Assembly (NCBI RefSeq): GCF_018977255.1
Contig: NW_024704742.1
Span: 5,086,001 to 5,150,000, forward strand
Direction of reading: 5' to 3'
Source of the DNA: Callorhinchus milii
Taxonomy: Eukaryota
DNA length: 64,000 bases
The notes below the pieces were generated by a model that ran no database searches, was not told where the DNA came from, and saw only the letters and a program-made list of their open reading frames with translations. A program made the position numbers and the translations under genes. Position 1 is the stretch's first letter; each line of letters starts with the position of its first letter. Shown piece by piece: positions 26,015 through 39,040 of the stretch.

Positions 26015-26245
26015 CATTTGTTAGTCGATTGGCGGATGGCTTTTCCGGGGGTAAATAATTCCTTCCAAAAAAATGATAATAATAAATTGCTCACTTCAAT
26101 CCACGACTGTTTGTGGGACGCTGCTGTGCGCAATTGGCTGCCGCGTTTCAACCACAAAGTACACAGTTGATTCACTCTACATGATATTCTGTGAAGCGCT
26201 TTGAGACGTTTCGAAGACGTGATGAGGCGCTATATCAAATGTGAG
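26015..26245 (+). mobile_element. Young SINE, 5'-truncated, between two CR1 fragments
   Basis: Body and tail match the family. Confidence 0.88.
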
Positions 26246-26269
26246 AATCGTTATGTTTCTCTGGTGAAT

Positions 26270-26680
26270 AGTCGGTTTCATAAGCATTCTTTAATCCATT
26301 CTGCTACCTCTCCCACAATTCCGCACGCTCCTATTTTAGTCATGAACCTCTCACGTGGCCACTTACCAGAGGCTTTCTGGAAATGCAGGTACACGACATT
26401 CACGGCATTTTCCCTGACTACTTTATCGGTTATATCTTCAAAGAGTTCGATAAGGTTGGTCAAGCGTGTCCTTCCTTTCGTCACGCCATGTTGGCTGTTC
26501 TTAATTATATTCTGCTTCTCCAGATGATGAGATGCTTCATCTTTTATTATTGATTCTAAAACCTCGCCCACAACTGATGTTAAAATGACTGGTCTGTAGT
26601 TTCCTGAATTAGCCCTTATCACCCTTTTTAAATATGGGTATTGGCCATTCTCCGGTGCTCTTGACTTGATTCCTTTCTAC
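26270..26680 (-). mobile_element. CR1-clade LINE reverse transcriptase fragment
   Basis: GNYRPVILTSVVGEVLESIIKD...SQHGVTKGRTRLTNLIELFED...VVYLHFQKA. Confidence 0.92.
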
Positions 26681-26894
26681 AAAACTCACCGCGAGCTGCA
26701 ATTCTTTTTCTTGAAGTTACGGTTTGTTTAAATTATGATCATTTTTATTTGGGGAAATTTTATGACCTATTTTATTTGGGGGAATTTGTTGTCCCAGGAC
26801 ACCAGCAGAACATTAACGACAGCAACAACAGCAACAGATTGCATTTGTGTAGCGCCATTCGCATCGGGAGGACGTCCCAAGGTGCTGAAATTCC

Positions 26895-27110
26895 CTTTTC
26901 TTTTCAAACAGTGCTGTGGGACCTTTCAAGTCCACCAGAACAGGCAGATGGGGTCGAGGTTTAATGTCTCATCCGAAAGACGTCGCCTCTGACAATGCAC
27001 TCCCAGCACTCTATTCGAATGTCAACTCAGACATGTTTTTCCATGTGTTTCCAAGTCCTGACGTGGGAGCTAAACCCACAAACGTGTGACTCAGAGGCAA
27101 GAATGCTACC
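26895..27110 (-). mobile_element. Older Deu-domain SINE fragment
   Basis: gggacctttcaagtccaccagaacaggcagatggggtcgaggtttaatgtctcatccgaaagacg. Confidence 0.72.
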
Positions 27111-27951
27111 TATATATGGATACATGACCTATCACTTGACTGTACGGGGGTGGCAGAGATCCTGCTGACTCAGCGGGGCGAGGAGACTTGTAGAACAGTT
27201 TCTAAGTCGATTTGCAAAGTCAGGAGGGGGGAAAAAATACAATTCGAAACAGATTGAAAACAAAAACCTGGGACTTCCGCAGACAGCGAGTTGTCAGCTG
27301 ATAGAGCTCCAGCTGATCATAAAGGTGTCTGTCTGACAGAGAAAGGAGTATTCGGCAGCTACCAAAGATTAACTTGAGGCCAGTTTTGTATTCGCTAACG
27401 CCTGTCGATAACCCAGTCAGGGAAGAAGTTAATACATTTGCCGTCGTTATTTTCTCTCGCTGTAAGTGCTATCACTCAGTCAGGCTGACCTTCGGGTAAA
27501 CTCCAGTGTGGTCCCTCTTAACAACACGTTTACCCCAAAATCCCTGACTGTCCAGCGCCTCGGGACGTCCTGTTGACGTGAAAGGCGCTTCACAAATGTC
27601 ATTTTTTTGCGTTGTGTTGTACCCGATATGAGCAAAGACCGAATCTAATAGGCAGCGCGAGGCAGGAGCTGGAGGTAAGTTTTGAGATGTCATGTTTCCG
27701 GCTTCAGCTGTTTGGCGAAGGGTGTGACTGGAATCCTTCCCATCGCCAGTTGCCACAGGTCGTCAGTTAAACGGTGTCTAAATGATTTTACTGCGTCTCC
27801 TAACTGACCAACTTTTCTGGCTGTTTCCTTCCACAAAAAAAAACACCGAGGCTCCAGCACTGCTCCAGATTTGGTAAGGGGCCGGAATTCCTGCTTTTCC
27901 GTGGTGGGATGGAGCTTGTGGTACACATCAACGACAACGGAGTATTTATAC

Positions 27952-28135
27952 GGAGTCCTGCAGCTCAGTGGTTAGAGCACTCGCCTTGCAAGCGAGAGAC
28001 GTGGGTTCAATTCCAGGCAGAGGGCCAAACCTTGGGCAAGTTTCCTTACTCCACACAGAGCCTAATAATAATCCCTCCAAAACAGAACAATAATAAATTG
28101 GTCATTTTTAATCCACGACTGATTGTGGGACGATG
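27952..28135 (+). mobile_element. Young SINE, short subfamily, 5' portion
   Basis: tRNA head followed by ...ctccacacagagcctaataataatccctc, lacking the central segment. Confidence 0.87.
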
Positions 28136-29327
28136 CACCATCTTTGCCAAGGGCGATGGCACTGAAATACAAAGATGCCCAAATGAGACTGAAAGGAGCA
28201 GCTACAACTGGGAGAAGACGGAGATAAAATACAGCAACAACTTGCATTTCTGCAACGTCCTTCACGTGGGGTGGCATCTTACGAGTGCTTGACAGCGGCG
28301 GAGCTCGATGGTAAAACAAATAAAAACAAGGCAGAAAACCAGGGAAAACTAAATACTAGAGAAAGAGAGACCGGAGAGATTGCTGCGAGAGAAACAATTG
28401 TCATCTGATAAGCGCTCTGGGACTCTAACCCTGCGTGAGAGGCTCTATATAAACACAAGTTGTTGCTGTTGTTGTCGGTAAGTTGCGTGAGCAGAAAATA
28501 TCCGAAGAGTTAGGAGCCAAAATATCATCTCACATTTAGCGGTGAGGCAGAGATCAGAAGAGAAATGGAATTGAAGCGAGAATCTTGAGGCTAGGAAAAT
28601 CTGTCACGTTAAATTAGTCACCGAGAACGATGGAAAGACAGCTTCGGGGGTCTCGATCACGGTGAGGCGCTAGAGGCAGAGCGAGAGCTTAAAACCCTAT
28701 TCTTGAGCGGGGTCGAGCCAATCACACAAAATCTTTGCGTTAAATCTCTCGAGTAACACTTTCATGGTTTTCAATTCGGTCTGAAGGAGTTCATCAATGT
28801 AATTGCTCTGTAACTCATGCGCTGACGTCTGTTGAATCTTTATGGTACGCATAAATCAGAAATCTACCTCATTCACTGGGACACAGCTGAAACATTTGTG
28901 TACTGAGTTGCCGGCTTGCTTGAAAGTCCCATAAGAGAATCACTTACAAATGTGTAAATTGTAATAGTTACACACTGGAAGAATTTAATCATTGAACCAA
29001 CTGAACCTGAAATTCGACTATACGTTTTAACTCCTCATGCTAAAGACGTTCACTGTCTGTCAACAGAGGAGAATGACCAAAACTAAGCTTTAATCAATAA
29101 CTTAATCATTGCGTCACACTGCAGTAGCATTCGCGCTCCTAACGCCACCGGGAGAAGTAACAGGGACTGGGGAGCAGTCATTGTACAACCCCGCGTGATG
29201 GTGTCAAAAACACTCTTGACATTATCGTCATTCGTTTGATTATCGTCATTCTCTGTCGGAAATTGAATGGGAACAGAGCTGAAGAAGGCTGAGGATTCAG
29301 GAGGTTAGATAAGGGCAGTGCAACGAT

Positions 29328-29660
29328 AATAATAATAATATTAATATTCCTTGCATTTGATATAGCGCCTTATCACATCTTCGAGATATCTCAAAGCGCT
29401 TCACATACTGTAAAGTGAATTGACTGTATATTTTGTGGGTGAAACGTGGCAGCCAATTGCGCACAGAAGTGTCCCACAAACAGTCGTGGATTGAGTGACC
29501 AAATTATTATTCTTATATTTATTTTTGAAAGGATTATTACCCCCGACTAACAACTGGGTTCCTATTTGCTGCAAGGTAAACAGAGGCATGTGGAGTAACA
29601 AAACTGACCCAATGGTTCGCCCAGCCCGGGGAATCGAACTCGTTTGCGAGGCGAGTGCTT
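29328..29660 (-). mobile_element. Young SINE, near full length
   Basis: Tail, body and partial head match the family. Confidence 0.88.
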
Positions 29661-30329
29661 AAATTAATACTGATTCAAGATTTTTTCTACAGTTCTAAAC
29701 AAAACAGTCTTACAGGCTATAAGACCGGATGGAATTTTGGGCGTGGGTCTGGAAGGTTCCTAGTTAATTTAGAGGTGCTACATTTGCAATTAGGATGTGT
29801 TAGCTATTTTTGCACAAAGGCAGACTGTGCCTATGAAGTCATTCTTTCTGTAAGATTTATGCCCTGAGGTCACTTACTCTGGGCAGTCGGGCTTCATGTT
29901 CCTTTAGATAAAGCTTTATTTCAATACTATCTCACACCTCTGCAGGACTGCCTGTGATATTAATGGCATAACACGTTCCAATTTTCTCCCCTGGGCTCCG
30001 CAGGTGTTCTACTCTCTCGCCAACTGCCTGACTTAAAAGGATGAGAAGGTGTTAGCGAAATTACTGTACACAGTCATTCCATCTTCTGCATTGTATCTAA
30101 GTCAATCCTTTGCTGACAATCACTGCACTATTCTCACACATTATCCTACACATAAATACCCCCATTTTGACATCTCTCAGCTATGACAGGTTTCTGAAAC
30201 CTTGGATGATTTTGCTTGCATATATTACTTCTATGGTACTTGAAATTAAATACTTTAATTATTTATTTTTTACCCCTTATTTTATTGCGGTTTTAAGGGT
30301 TCCAGGACCGAAATTCTGTCTTAATATCG

Positions 30330-30630
30330 ATTCTTCAGATGATACGTTAACCAAAGTCCTGTCTGCCTGTTCAGGTGTATGTTAAAGATCCCATAGTACT
30401 AGTCTAAAGGAGAAGGGAATTTCTCATGGTATCCTGGCCAGTAATCCCCCAAATAATATTGGTTATTCACATCATGGTTATTTATGGAACATTGCTGCGT
30501 GGAAATTGGTTGCCACATTTAATTGCAAATACACAGTTATTGCATTCTGCAATACATCCTGTGAAGCGCTTTCAGTCAATCTGATGACATGATAAGGTGT
30601 GTGATTATATCAAATGCAAGGAATATTATT
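30330..30630 (+). mobile_element. Older Deu-domain SINE, core plus tail
   Basis: gtctgcctgttcaggtgtatgttaaagatcccatag... through tcaaatgcaagg. Confidence 0.72.
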
Positions 30631-31299
30631 TTAGTGTCCCTGGTGGAAGTCGGAGAGAAAATTAACTCAGTACAGAAAATACTAGAGGGAATACTCTCAA
30701 CACAAAATATTTGATCAAAACCGCTGAACAACTAACCAATTTGATTATATCTATGGAAATTGTGCCTTTTATTTGGAGGCAAGAGGAAAAATAATTGATA
30801 TTAATGTACAGGTTGAGACTTTCCTTCAAAATGTTTGGAGTCACTTGGGCACTAACAGTTACATCATGATCTCAGTTGTCACACCTTACCCTCCCATTTG
30901 CTGGACCTGTGGAACAACAGCAACAACAACAAAATTACATACCGCTGTGAATGTCTTCTAACATCTCTTGGATGATGGTTTCAATCCCACAACTCATCTG
31001 CCAGACCCCTGATGACCAGAATTGTTTCTTTGAAATTATTATTATTTAAATTATTATTATTAACTAATCCTATGGCATGGTCTCGTGCTTTAACAGCGGT
31101 ACTAAACATTTTTTCTAAACATTGGCATGGGATCTTCAGCATCCACCTGAACAGGCCAACGAGATCTTGGTTTACCATTCTCATCCAATGGTGAGATGAA
31201 GTCCAACTGATCTGTTAGCAAGAGTTTTAAACATAAACTGGTCTTGCAAGAGCCTGTATCGATGATCTTACAGTTCTGTTGTACTGACTCCTGGTACTT

Positions 31300-31405
31300 A
31301 ATAATAATAGTAATCTTGCGTTTGATACAGCGCCTCATCATGGCTTTGAGACGTCTCAAAGCGCTTCACAGAATATACTGTAAAGTGAATTGACTGTATA
31401 TTTTG
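31300..31405 (-). mobile_element. Young SINE, 3' fragment
   Basis: Family tail sequence. Confidence 0.85.
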
Positions 31406-32294
31406 TCTTCTTTTGGATCCCAACTTCATCTGAAAATGATTTCTTCGATTGGGTTGAGGAAGTGTTCCAGCATTTTGGTGTTGCATTTGCCGCCAGCCCC
31501 AAAATGGATCACGAACCAGACAACATGCACGTCATTCCATAATAATTTCTGGGACGTGTAATCTAGACCTGAAATGAGCCTGCAGCTTCCTGTAATGCAA
31601 CGGGATATCTCACAACCCAGACAGAAACATGTGCGGCTGTCCTTCAGTCCAGTCTGGTCCAGTGTGATAACTAAAGATCGCCATACTGAAAGTCTTGATA
31701 CAGAGGATAAATGATATTGATGAATTGTGTGCTCAGTTTATATCCCTGAATATTAAAGGAGAGCAAGCAGGAGATTACAATCGGTGGCTCATACAGAGAA
31801 AGGCATCAATATAGATTCAACAATCTTAATGCTCTAATCCGGTACTCACTGATTTTTAAAAAAAAAATCTGTATTCAAGTTTTTTTTTAAAAATGGCATC
31901 CCATCATCTTCCAACTCTCGCAGCTTTCAAACATCATGTTTTGGTTTTCAACTTCACAAACGAAACTGATAATTCCGATAAAGTTGCCAGCCGCAACTGC
32001 ATTTTCTTTAGAATCGCACACCAAGCTGTGCTTCGTTTCGCCCACAAAATATACAGTCGATTCACTTTACAGTATATTCTTTGGGATGTCTCGGACACGT
32101 GATCAGGTGCTATATCAAATGCAAGAGTTATTCTTATTCTTATTGTGAAAGAAACAAAAACCCATGGAAAAAAAACATGGTGGACCTTTACGTTGGATTA
32201 TTTCTTGAATAGAAAATCCAATCTACTTTTGTATTTGTTTCATGTGACCAAGCAAGGGGTTTAATTTGCAATTCAGTAATACTAACCAGGATTA

Positions 32295-32672
32295 TATCCC
32301 TGCACTCCTCTGCACCCCCGACCTCTCTGACCTCATCTCTCCTCAAAACAGCACCAGTTGCCTTCGTTCCTCCTGGTCTGGCCTCCTCCTTGTCCCCCGA
32401 GTGCTCCGCTCCGCTCTCGACGGCCGTGCCTTCAGCTACTATGCCCCGAGGCTCTGGAACTCCCTTCCTCACTCCCTTCATCTCGCTCCCTCCCTTCCCA
32501 TTTTCAGGTCTCTGCTGAAGACCTTCCTTTTCGACCGCACCTTTGGTCACCTTCCCCCGCCCCCCTCCCCCTGGCTCAGTCCCGGGATCCTAAACTGTAA
32601 AGCGCTCTGAGAAGCCGTCCGGCGTGGAGGGTGCTATATAAATCCAAGTTGTTGCTGTTGTTGTTATTGTTG
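32295..32672 (+). mobile_element. L2-clade LINE 3' fragment
   Basis: LRSSWSGLLLVPRVLRSALDGRAFSYYAPRLWNSLPHSLHLAPSLPIFRSLLKTFLFDRTF; (GTT)n tail. Confidence 0.9.
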
Positions 32673-33444
32673 TATATCTTCAAATGTCATTGAACACACA
32701 AAGAAAATATTTTAATTAAAACCCATGGTTGAAATATTCAATTTGCAAAGCTAATTCCATTGATCATAATGAGCAGGCTGGGAATACAAATAAAATGGTT
32801 TGATTGCTCCAGATCTCAATGAGGGCATCTGTGCTCCAAATCAATGGATTTTCAAACTGCCATGGCAATGCTGAATAAAATCATCCTGTAAAAATGGCCC
32901 AATCAAAATAGATGGGTGTTTGTGAAGCTGTAAACCCTTTTAGTGCCCTACTCCTGCACAGTTGCTAACAAGTGTGGTCAGTCGCTGTGTGACAGTCAGG
33001 GAAGCTAAACTTAAGCAAATCTGATTGATTTCTGTCTGTCGAAAAAGATGGGGTATTCCTCATCTCATGCCCCCCCCCACCCACACCGTCACTTTCGAGA
33101 GCATAAGTTGCCACATTGTCCCTCGGTGTCCAAAATCGAAAAAGAATTTCACCAATAACTCCAGTCTTGCTCCCAATTTACACTGGTCGTGATAGTGAGA
33201 CTGGCACACAGGCAGGTGGGCAGACACGCTGTCTTGTGGATTGTAGCTGACCTCAGACTGAAATCTGCAATGGATCATTGATTCATATGCAAGTGGTGGA
33301 ATCAGGGCTTTTGTTTAGTCTCGCTCTGTGAACAGCAGCTGGCAGTCATGGGGTTGTTTGGGAGGGGTGCGGGGGGGTAAAGAGATGGGGAATGCATTGA
33401 AAACATGGGTCAGAATCGCTGCATTTTCAAGAGGATAAGGTCCC

Positions 33445-33650
33445 CTGGATGTAATACGGAAAGCAATGAGCGTGATCTGCACAATTAGAGGATTGAGCTA
33501 TGACCAACAAATAAACAAGCTGGGGCTCTTCAGTCTTGAAAGGAGATGTCTTAATGGAGATGTATAAATCTTTAAATGAGATTGAAGAAGTAAATAGAGA
33601 ACAGTACTTTTGGTTTCACCGAGACAGCAGGATAAAAGGACCCTGGTTTA
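33445..33650 (+). mobile_element. CR1-clade LINE fragment
   Basis: KLGLFSL...KGDVLMEMYKSLNEIEEVN-like frame. Confidence 0.7.
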
Positions 33651-35014
33651 GAAGCCTTTGGGAGGCCAGCCAGTATCTTGACTCACGCAGGCAAACATCA
33701 CCAAGCTTAAGAGAATCCAAACCACACAGAGTTCCATGCATCCCACCTACAGATGGAGATTCAAGTGTATTGGAATAGAATGCGCACTCTTTCTTTAGAA
33801 GGATGCATCCTGCTTACCTAATTCCAGAGAGTATTAGACACAGGTTGTTAAGAGCCTAGAGTGCATTAAATTACTCCTGGAGTCTGTGGGGGGGGGGGCA
33901 TTCACACCTCCAACACAGAGTCATACAAGGGCTTAAGGCACGGAAGGGGATTTAGTCGGTACATTGAGGATTATTATGAAAAGGAAAATTGTACCAAAAA
34001 AAGGCACATCCCAATACTTTAAGTCTGTTGCCCAGTACATTTTATGAGCAGATCAGATTTGTTGAGATATCAGGAAAACATTGGTAGGATTTTCATGATT
34101 TTATTTTTGCAGAGGCGGATTTAGAAGATTTTCTATTGATTCTCATTCTGTTTCACAGATTAGCCTTCAAGCTATGATCTCTGACGTTATGAATTGAATG
34201 AACCGAAAGTTATCAAGTGAAAGCCTTGAACAGCAGGTCCTTGCTGGATGCCCAGAGGCTTTTTTGCTGCCTGCTTCCCCTCTCAACTGGGAACTTTGGC
34301 AGACAGGCTGCTGTATGCTGTAGAGTGACAACATGGCTGAGAAGGGGAGGCTGAAGGTGGGCTGATTGTGAAGTGGAAGTCAAGCCTTCTCCCAAACGAC
34401 AGGACAGAGAGAAAAAAAAACCATAAGCATGTGTTATCTTGGATCACTCATCCACTAATTGTACACAGTTGGGGAGGAGTACTGACAGATGGATAGAAGC
34501 AAGTCACCCATCCTGTCCTGCTCTGCCCACCAGCACGGCTGAAGTTTGATTCATCCCGATCCAATGAGGAAGAAAACATCAAATCAAATTATATATATTC
34601 AAAAAAGTCTCTCCCGTACCAGAGTCGGAAGAAAGCATATAATATGTATATAAAGAAGTGGCAGTATTACTCCTAAAGCAGATTCGTTTCTGCATCCATC
34701 ATTTTCTCCAAATGCTCTCTTGGTAATGTTTCTTCAGGTGGCAGGACCTGTTTGTTAGGTACCAAGGCGATGCAATTAATTACATTAATTTTCCTTCAAA
34801 CTTAAAGTAAATATCAATCTTTGCATTCAATATAGTAACTGTAATATTGAAATACTGTATCTCAAAATACTTCGCAGATAATTGTTTTAACCACAAAGCC
34901 ATGAAATTAATTTATCTCGAGTTTATCTTAAGATTGATGGCCAGGACTCCAGGGGGAAACTCCCTTCTCTTTTTGAATAGTGCCATGGAAACTTTTACCT
35001 CTGAAAAATTGTTG

Positions 35015-35310
35015 TGGTTGCATTCTTCGGATGAGACGTTAAGCCTGAGATCCCATCTGTCCGCTCAGGTGGACAGCAAAGATCCCATGGCACTATTCAA
35101 AAAAGAAGAGGGCATTTCTCCCGAATGCCTACCCAACAGTCCCCCAGATAAAAAATGGTCATTAATTTCATGGCGGTTTGTGAGACATTGTTCGAGCACA
35201 TTTTAGCTGCAACATTCGACTACAAACAGTCTTTACAGTAGATCCTATGAAGCACTTTCTGAGATATCCTGCTGACGTGAAAGGTCTTACATCAGTTGCA
35301 AGGATTACTT
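35015..35310 (+). mobile_element. Older Deu-domain SINE, core plus tail
   Basis: tcggatgagacgttaagcctgagatcccatctgtccgctcaggtggacagcaaagatcccatggcactattc. Confidence 0.75.
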
Positions 35311-36947
35311 TTTAAAAGGTATGAGAAGCAAGCACTTGGAGTAGATCAGATGGCTCATGTGCAAAAAAAAACCCACCTCACTGCATGTGCAAGATTCCAT
35401 GCTTCTACATGTCAAACAGGCAATTTAATATGATTCCTTCCTTGCAACATCACCAAGACAGTTACATTTTTTACCAGCAATAATTAACAAATCAATGAGT
35501 AACCTACACGTAGAAAAAAAACAGATATGGCAGCTTCTCTAAAAACCAAACAAGTGGGTGCATTTTCTTTCCCTGGAGAATTACTTATTTTTAATCACTT
35601 ACTGAAGAAAGGCCAACTAAAGAAGCCAACATACTTCTTGTTCAGCATACCTGTTGCGCTGGGAGTGGCATTTGGCCTCCAGCAAGTGTCCATATTCTGT
35701 GTTACCTTTGTAAACAGGTCAGAAGGCTCATCCCTTCATCACTGTGAAAAAAAAACACTGAGTAGTTTTGGATCAGAGGGATCAAAGGTGCTCTAAGACT
35801 CTTCGGTTCTTTCTTTCTATATGCCTCTGCAAAAGTAGGACTGAGTGGCATTTGCTCACCTGCACTTCACACAGCCTCTGAATCAAAGAGGACGGTGCCT
35901 GTTGCAGGTACATTTTATGAGACAAGTCTTTTTATCACCGCAAAGTTACTGCTGACAGAGAAACCATTTGTGGCCAGCAAGACAAGAGGGTGTAGGTTCC
36001 AGCGTAGAAGAGCAATTTTGTAGAGGACAAACTCAAGATTTTTTTTTACGTGGAGGTTAACGAAAAGCTGGAATGCATTAACAGATAGGGTGGCTGAAGC
36101 CAGAAAAACAGCTTAGTCTTGTAATCTGGAAAGATCAGATCAAAAAAGTAGCAAAATCATCTGAATCTCTCTTGTAAAAGAGGATTTCAGACACCACTGT
36201 CCTTGCTAGGAAAGAGTACTGCTGTGTGGGCCTCATGAATTCCAAACTATTTAGCACTATGTAGAGACCTACCCTGTTAGCTCTCGAGCCATCTTTGGCC
36301 ACGACTCTGGAACGTACTCTTGAGGGTGTGTACTTGGCTTCTGAATATCTCGTAATCTTGGAAGTGGGCCAAGTCCTGGGCTGTCTAAAACCCCCCTATA
36401 CGAGGTTTGCTGGCACAAAGGAACTGACGGACATGCTCTTGAAAACACTGGTGTTGTGCCTGAAGCTGTCTTTGCTGTTTAGCATTTCTCCTCGCTGCTG
36501 CCAGTAGTTTGTGGGCTACTCCAGCTGTGAGTGAAGTGTTACATAACAAGATGGGGCAAAGTCACGTTGTGCTGGCTGTAAAGTCCTGAAGAGGCAAGAA
36601 TCCACAGGGAGTTTTCCTTCAATGAGATCAGTCAGCTTGCACAACAAGGGAATACATTGAGCAATTTGTCCAGTGGGACTGTGGGCCCTTTCTAAAACCT
36701 CTGCTCTCAAGACTCGCCTATAAAAATCAGTGAGATTAAATGCACTTTGAAAGATGAGGCGAAATTTGGATTTTCATCAAATGCAAGAAGGCCGTTTCCA
36801 GTAACTAGTTATGATCAGTGCCTTAGAACTGTACGGTGTAAGTCAGCATCAATGTCAAATGTAGGCAGGGAAGCACACTCAAAATCCTGAAGTCAAGGTC
36901 ACCTAACTGAACTTTCTGTAGAGTTGTAGGAAATACTTGTCCAACAT

Positions 36948-37178
36948 TCCCATAGCATAGTGGCTAGTGCACTCCCCTCGCAAGCAAGAGGACCCAGGTT
37001 CAAATCCCTGGCTGGGCGAAACCTTTGACAAGTTCCGTACTGCACACCCCTCTGTTTACCTAACAGTAAGTAGGAATCCGGTTATTAGTCGATTGGCGGA
37101 TCACTTTCCGGGGATAATCAACCCTCAAAAAACTATTTGGTTATTCAAGCCATGACTGTTGTGGGATATTATTATTAC
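36948..37178 (+). mobile_element. Young SINE, diverged 5' two-thirds
   Basis: Degenerate tRNA head plus body. Confidence 0.82.
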
Positions 37179-37377
37179 CTTGTGTCTAAGGGTACAACAA
37201 TCCATTCCATATGTCCATAAGAACAAAAACAAATTGCATTTATATAGCGGCTTTCACATCAGTAAGACATCCCAGGGCTGGGACTTGTTATAAAATACTA
37301 TTTGTCTGTGTTGGCACTGACATACAAAAGTCTAATACCCCTCCTCTTGCCTCCCTCCTCCATCACCTGGGGGATAA

Positions 37378-37508
37378 TATTAATATTAATAATAATAATA
37401 ATCTTTGCATTTGATATAGCGCCTTATCACATTGTCAAGCCGTCTCAAAGCACTTCACAGAATATACTGTAAAGTGTAGTGACTGTGTGTTTTGTGGGCG
37501 AAACGCTG
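37378..37508 (-). mobile_element. Young SINE, 3' fragment
   Basis: Family tail with (AAT)n on the + strand. Confidence 0.85.
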
Positions 37509-39040
37509 GGACGTTGGAAAGGATGGAATTAGAATCATTGGATCTGATCTTTAGACAACAAGGTTTTGGAATCTGATTTGATACAAAGGGAAGTAATGAG
37601 TTCATATTCAGAGTGAATTTGCTGTGTCCATTGCTGTACCAGCAGAAGAGAATCATTCGGCTTCTTCAGTGTTTGCAGAAAAGTGTTCCAGGAAACTCTC
37701 TCTCTCTGTTCTGTGACAGTCTGCGTAGATCGTGAACTGACAGCAACAGCCTGAGTGGCAGTTGTGTTAATGTAAGGCCTGTCACTGTGTCTAACTGCAC
37801 AGCGCCTCAGGTATTCTATATTGACATCTGTTTAATGACAGCACATATTTGATCACTGCTTTCCAGCTGTGAAGGAGCCCATCTGAAACAAGCTTTTAGC
37901 ATTTAAGACATTTAATATGGTGCCCGATAATAGGGTTCCCAGAGAGGTACACATAACTCTAATTGGTAAAGAGCAGGTTAAACCACACATGTTATTAAAG
38001 TTTTGAGTAAGTAAGTGGATTTAGCATTCTCAATAACGCCCAAAGCCAAATGAGAATTCGAGCTGACAGTTCAGTGTGACAAATACACCAAGATATTGGA
38101 AAGGACAGCACCAGTCTTGTTTGCAATTTGTTCGCTAAACATCCTGATTTGGTTTCTGATTCTCATCATGTTTCTGCTCCAGAGGAACTGCAATCACATA
38201 CTGTCTGTCCACAGTCATCCCCTTCCCAGCTCCTCTTTTAATCATTACCTTTAAATATATTTTTAGTACTTTTTAGAAATATTTAACCATTACCCTTTAA
38301 ACATCCGATGCCTTGGATGTGCTCCCGACCTGAAAGGTGCTATATAAAATATAAATTTGTATTGTATCGTACTAAGAATATTCCCATTTCCAGGAATGCC
38401 ATCGATAAGAGGCACGTCTGGTTATGCCTGACTGACTGATAAGTCTATCTACCACCACCGCAGTGAAACGGTGGAGCAGATATGTCAGCTGTTTCAAAAC
38501 TGAGGATCTCCCATTAAAGATTGCATGCAATGATAATCGTAAAACACATCAAAAGCTTTTGATTAGCTCCAGTGGAACCCATTGCAATATTTCCTTTGTA
38601 AGCGTGTGAACAAATCAACGGCCACACTGTTCTTTATTCCAACAGATGATGTACATAGCCTGGATTATCACACTGATTCAGGAGCGTTTTCCACTTCCAC
38701 TTAATTGGGGCTGTACTGCAAGGAGCCTCTGTCTGTCCCTTAGACACTGATACGTGTCAGGTTCTGGATATGTGGAGAGTGCGGCTTGGAATGGGTGGCA
38801 GGTGTGGGTTCAGAGACACTGCATGTGGCATGAAGTATTCTGTGGCTTGTGTCGTTCATTCATTCACTTTGGATGAAGTGATAAGGTGCCATATCAAACC
38901 GAAGAGTTTTTCAGTATGAATTTAAACATGTTAGACCCCACTATCATTTTAGTACTCTTTACAGCAAAGATTTGGGTAAAAGGCTTGTTTCTACTAAGTA
39001 CAAGGAGGAAAACGGATTTCCCATTCCAGTGCATTCTATC

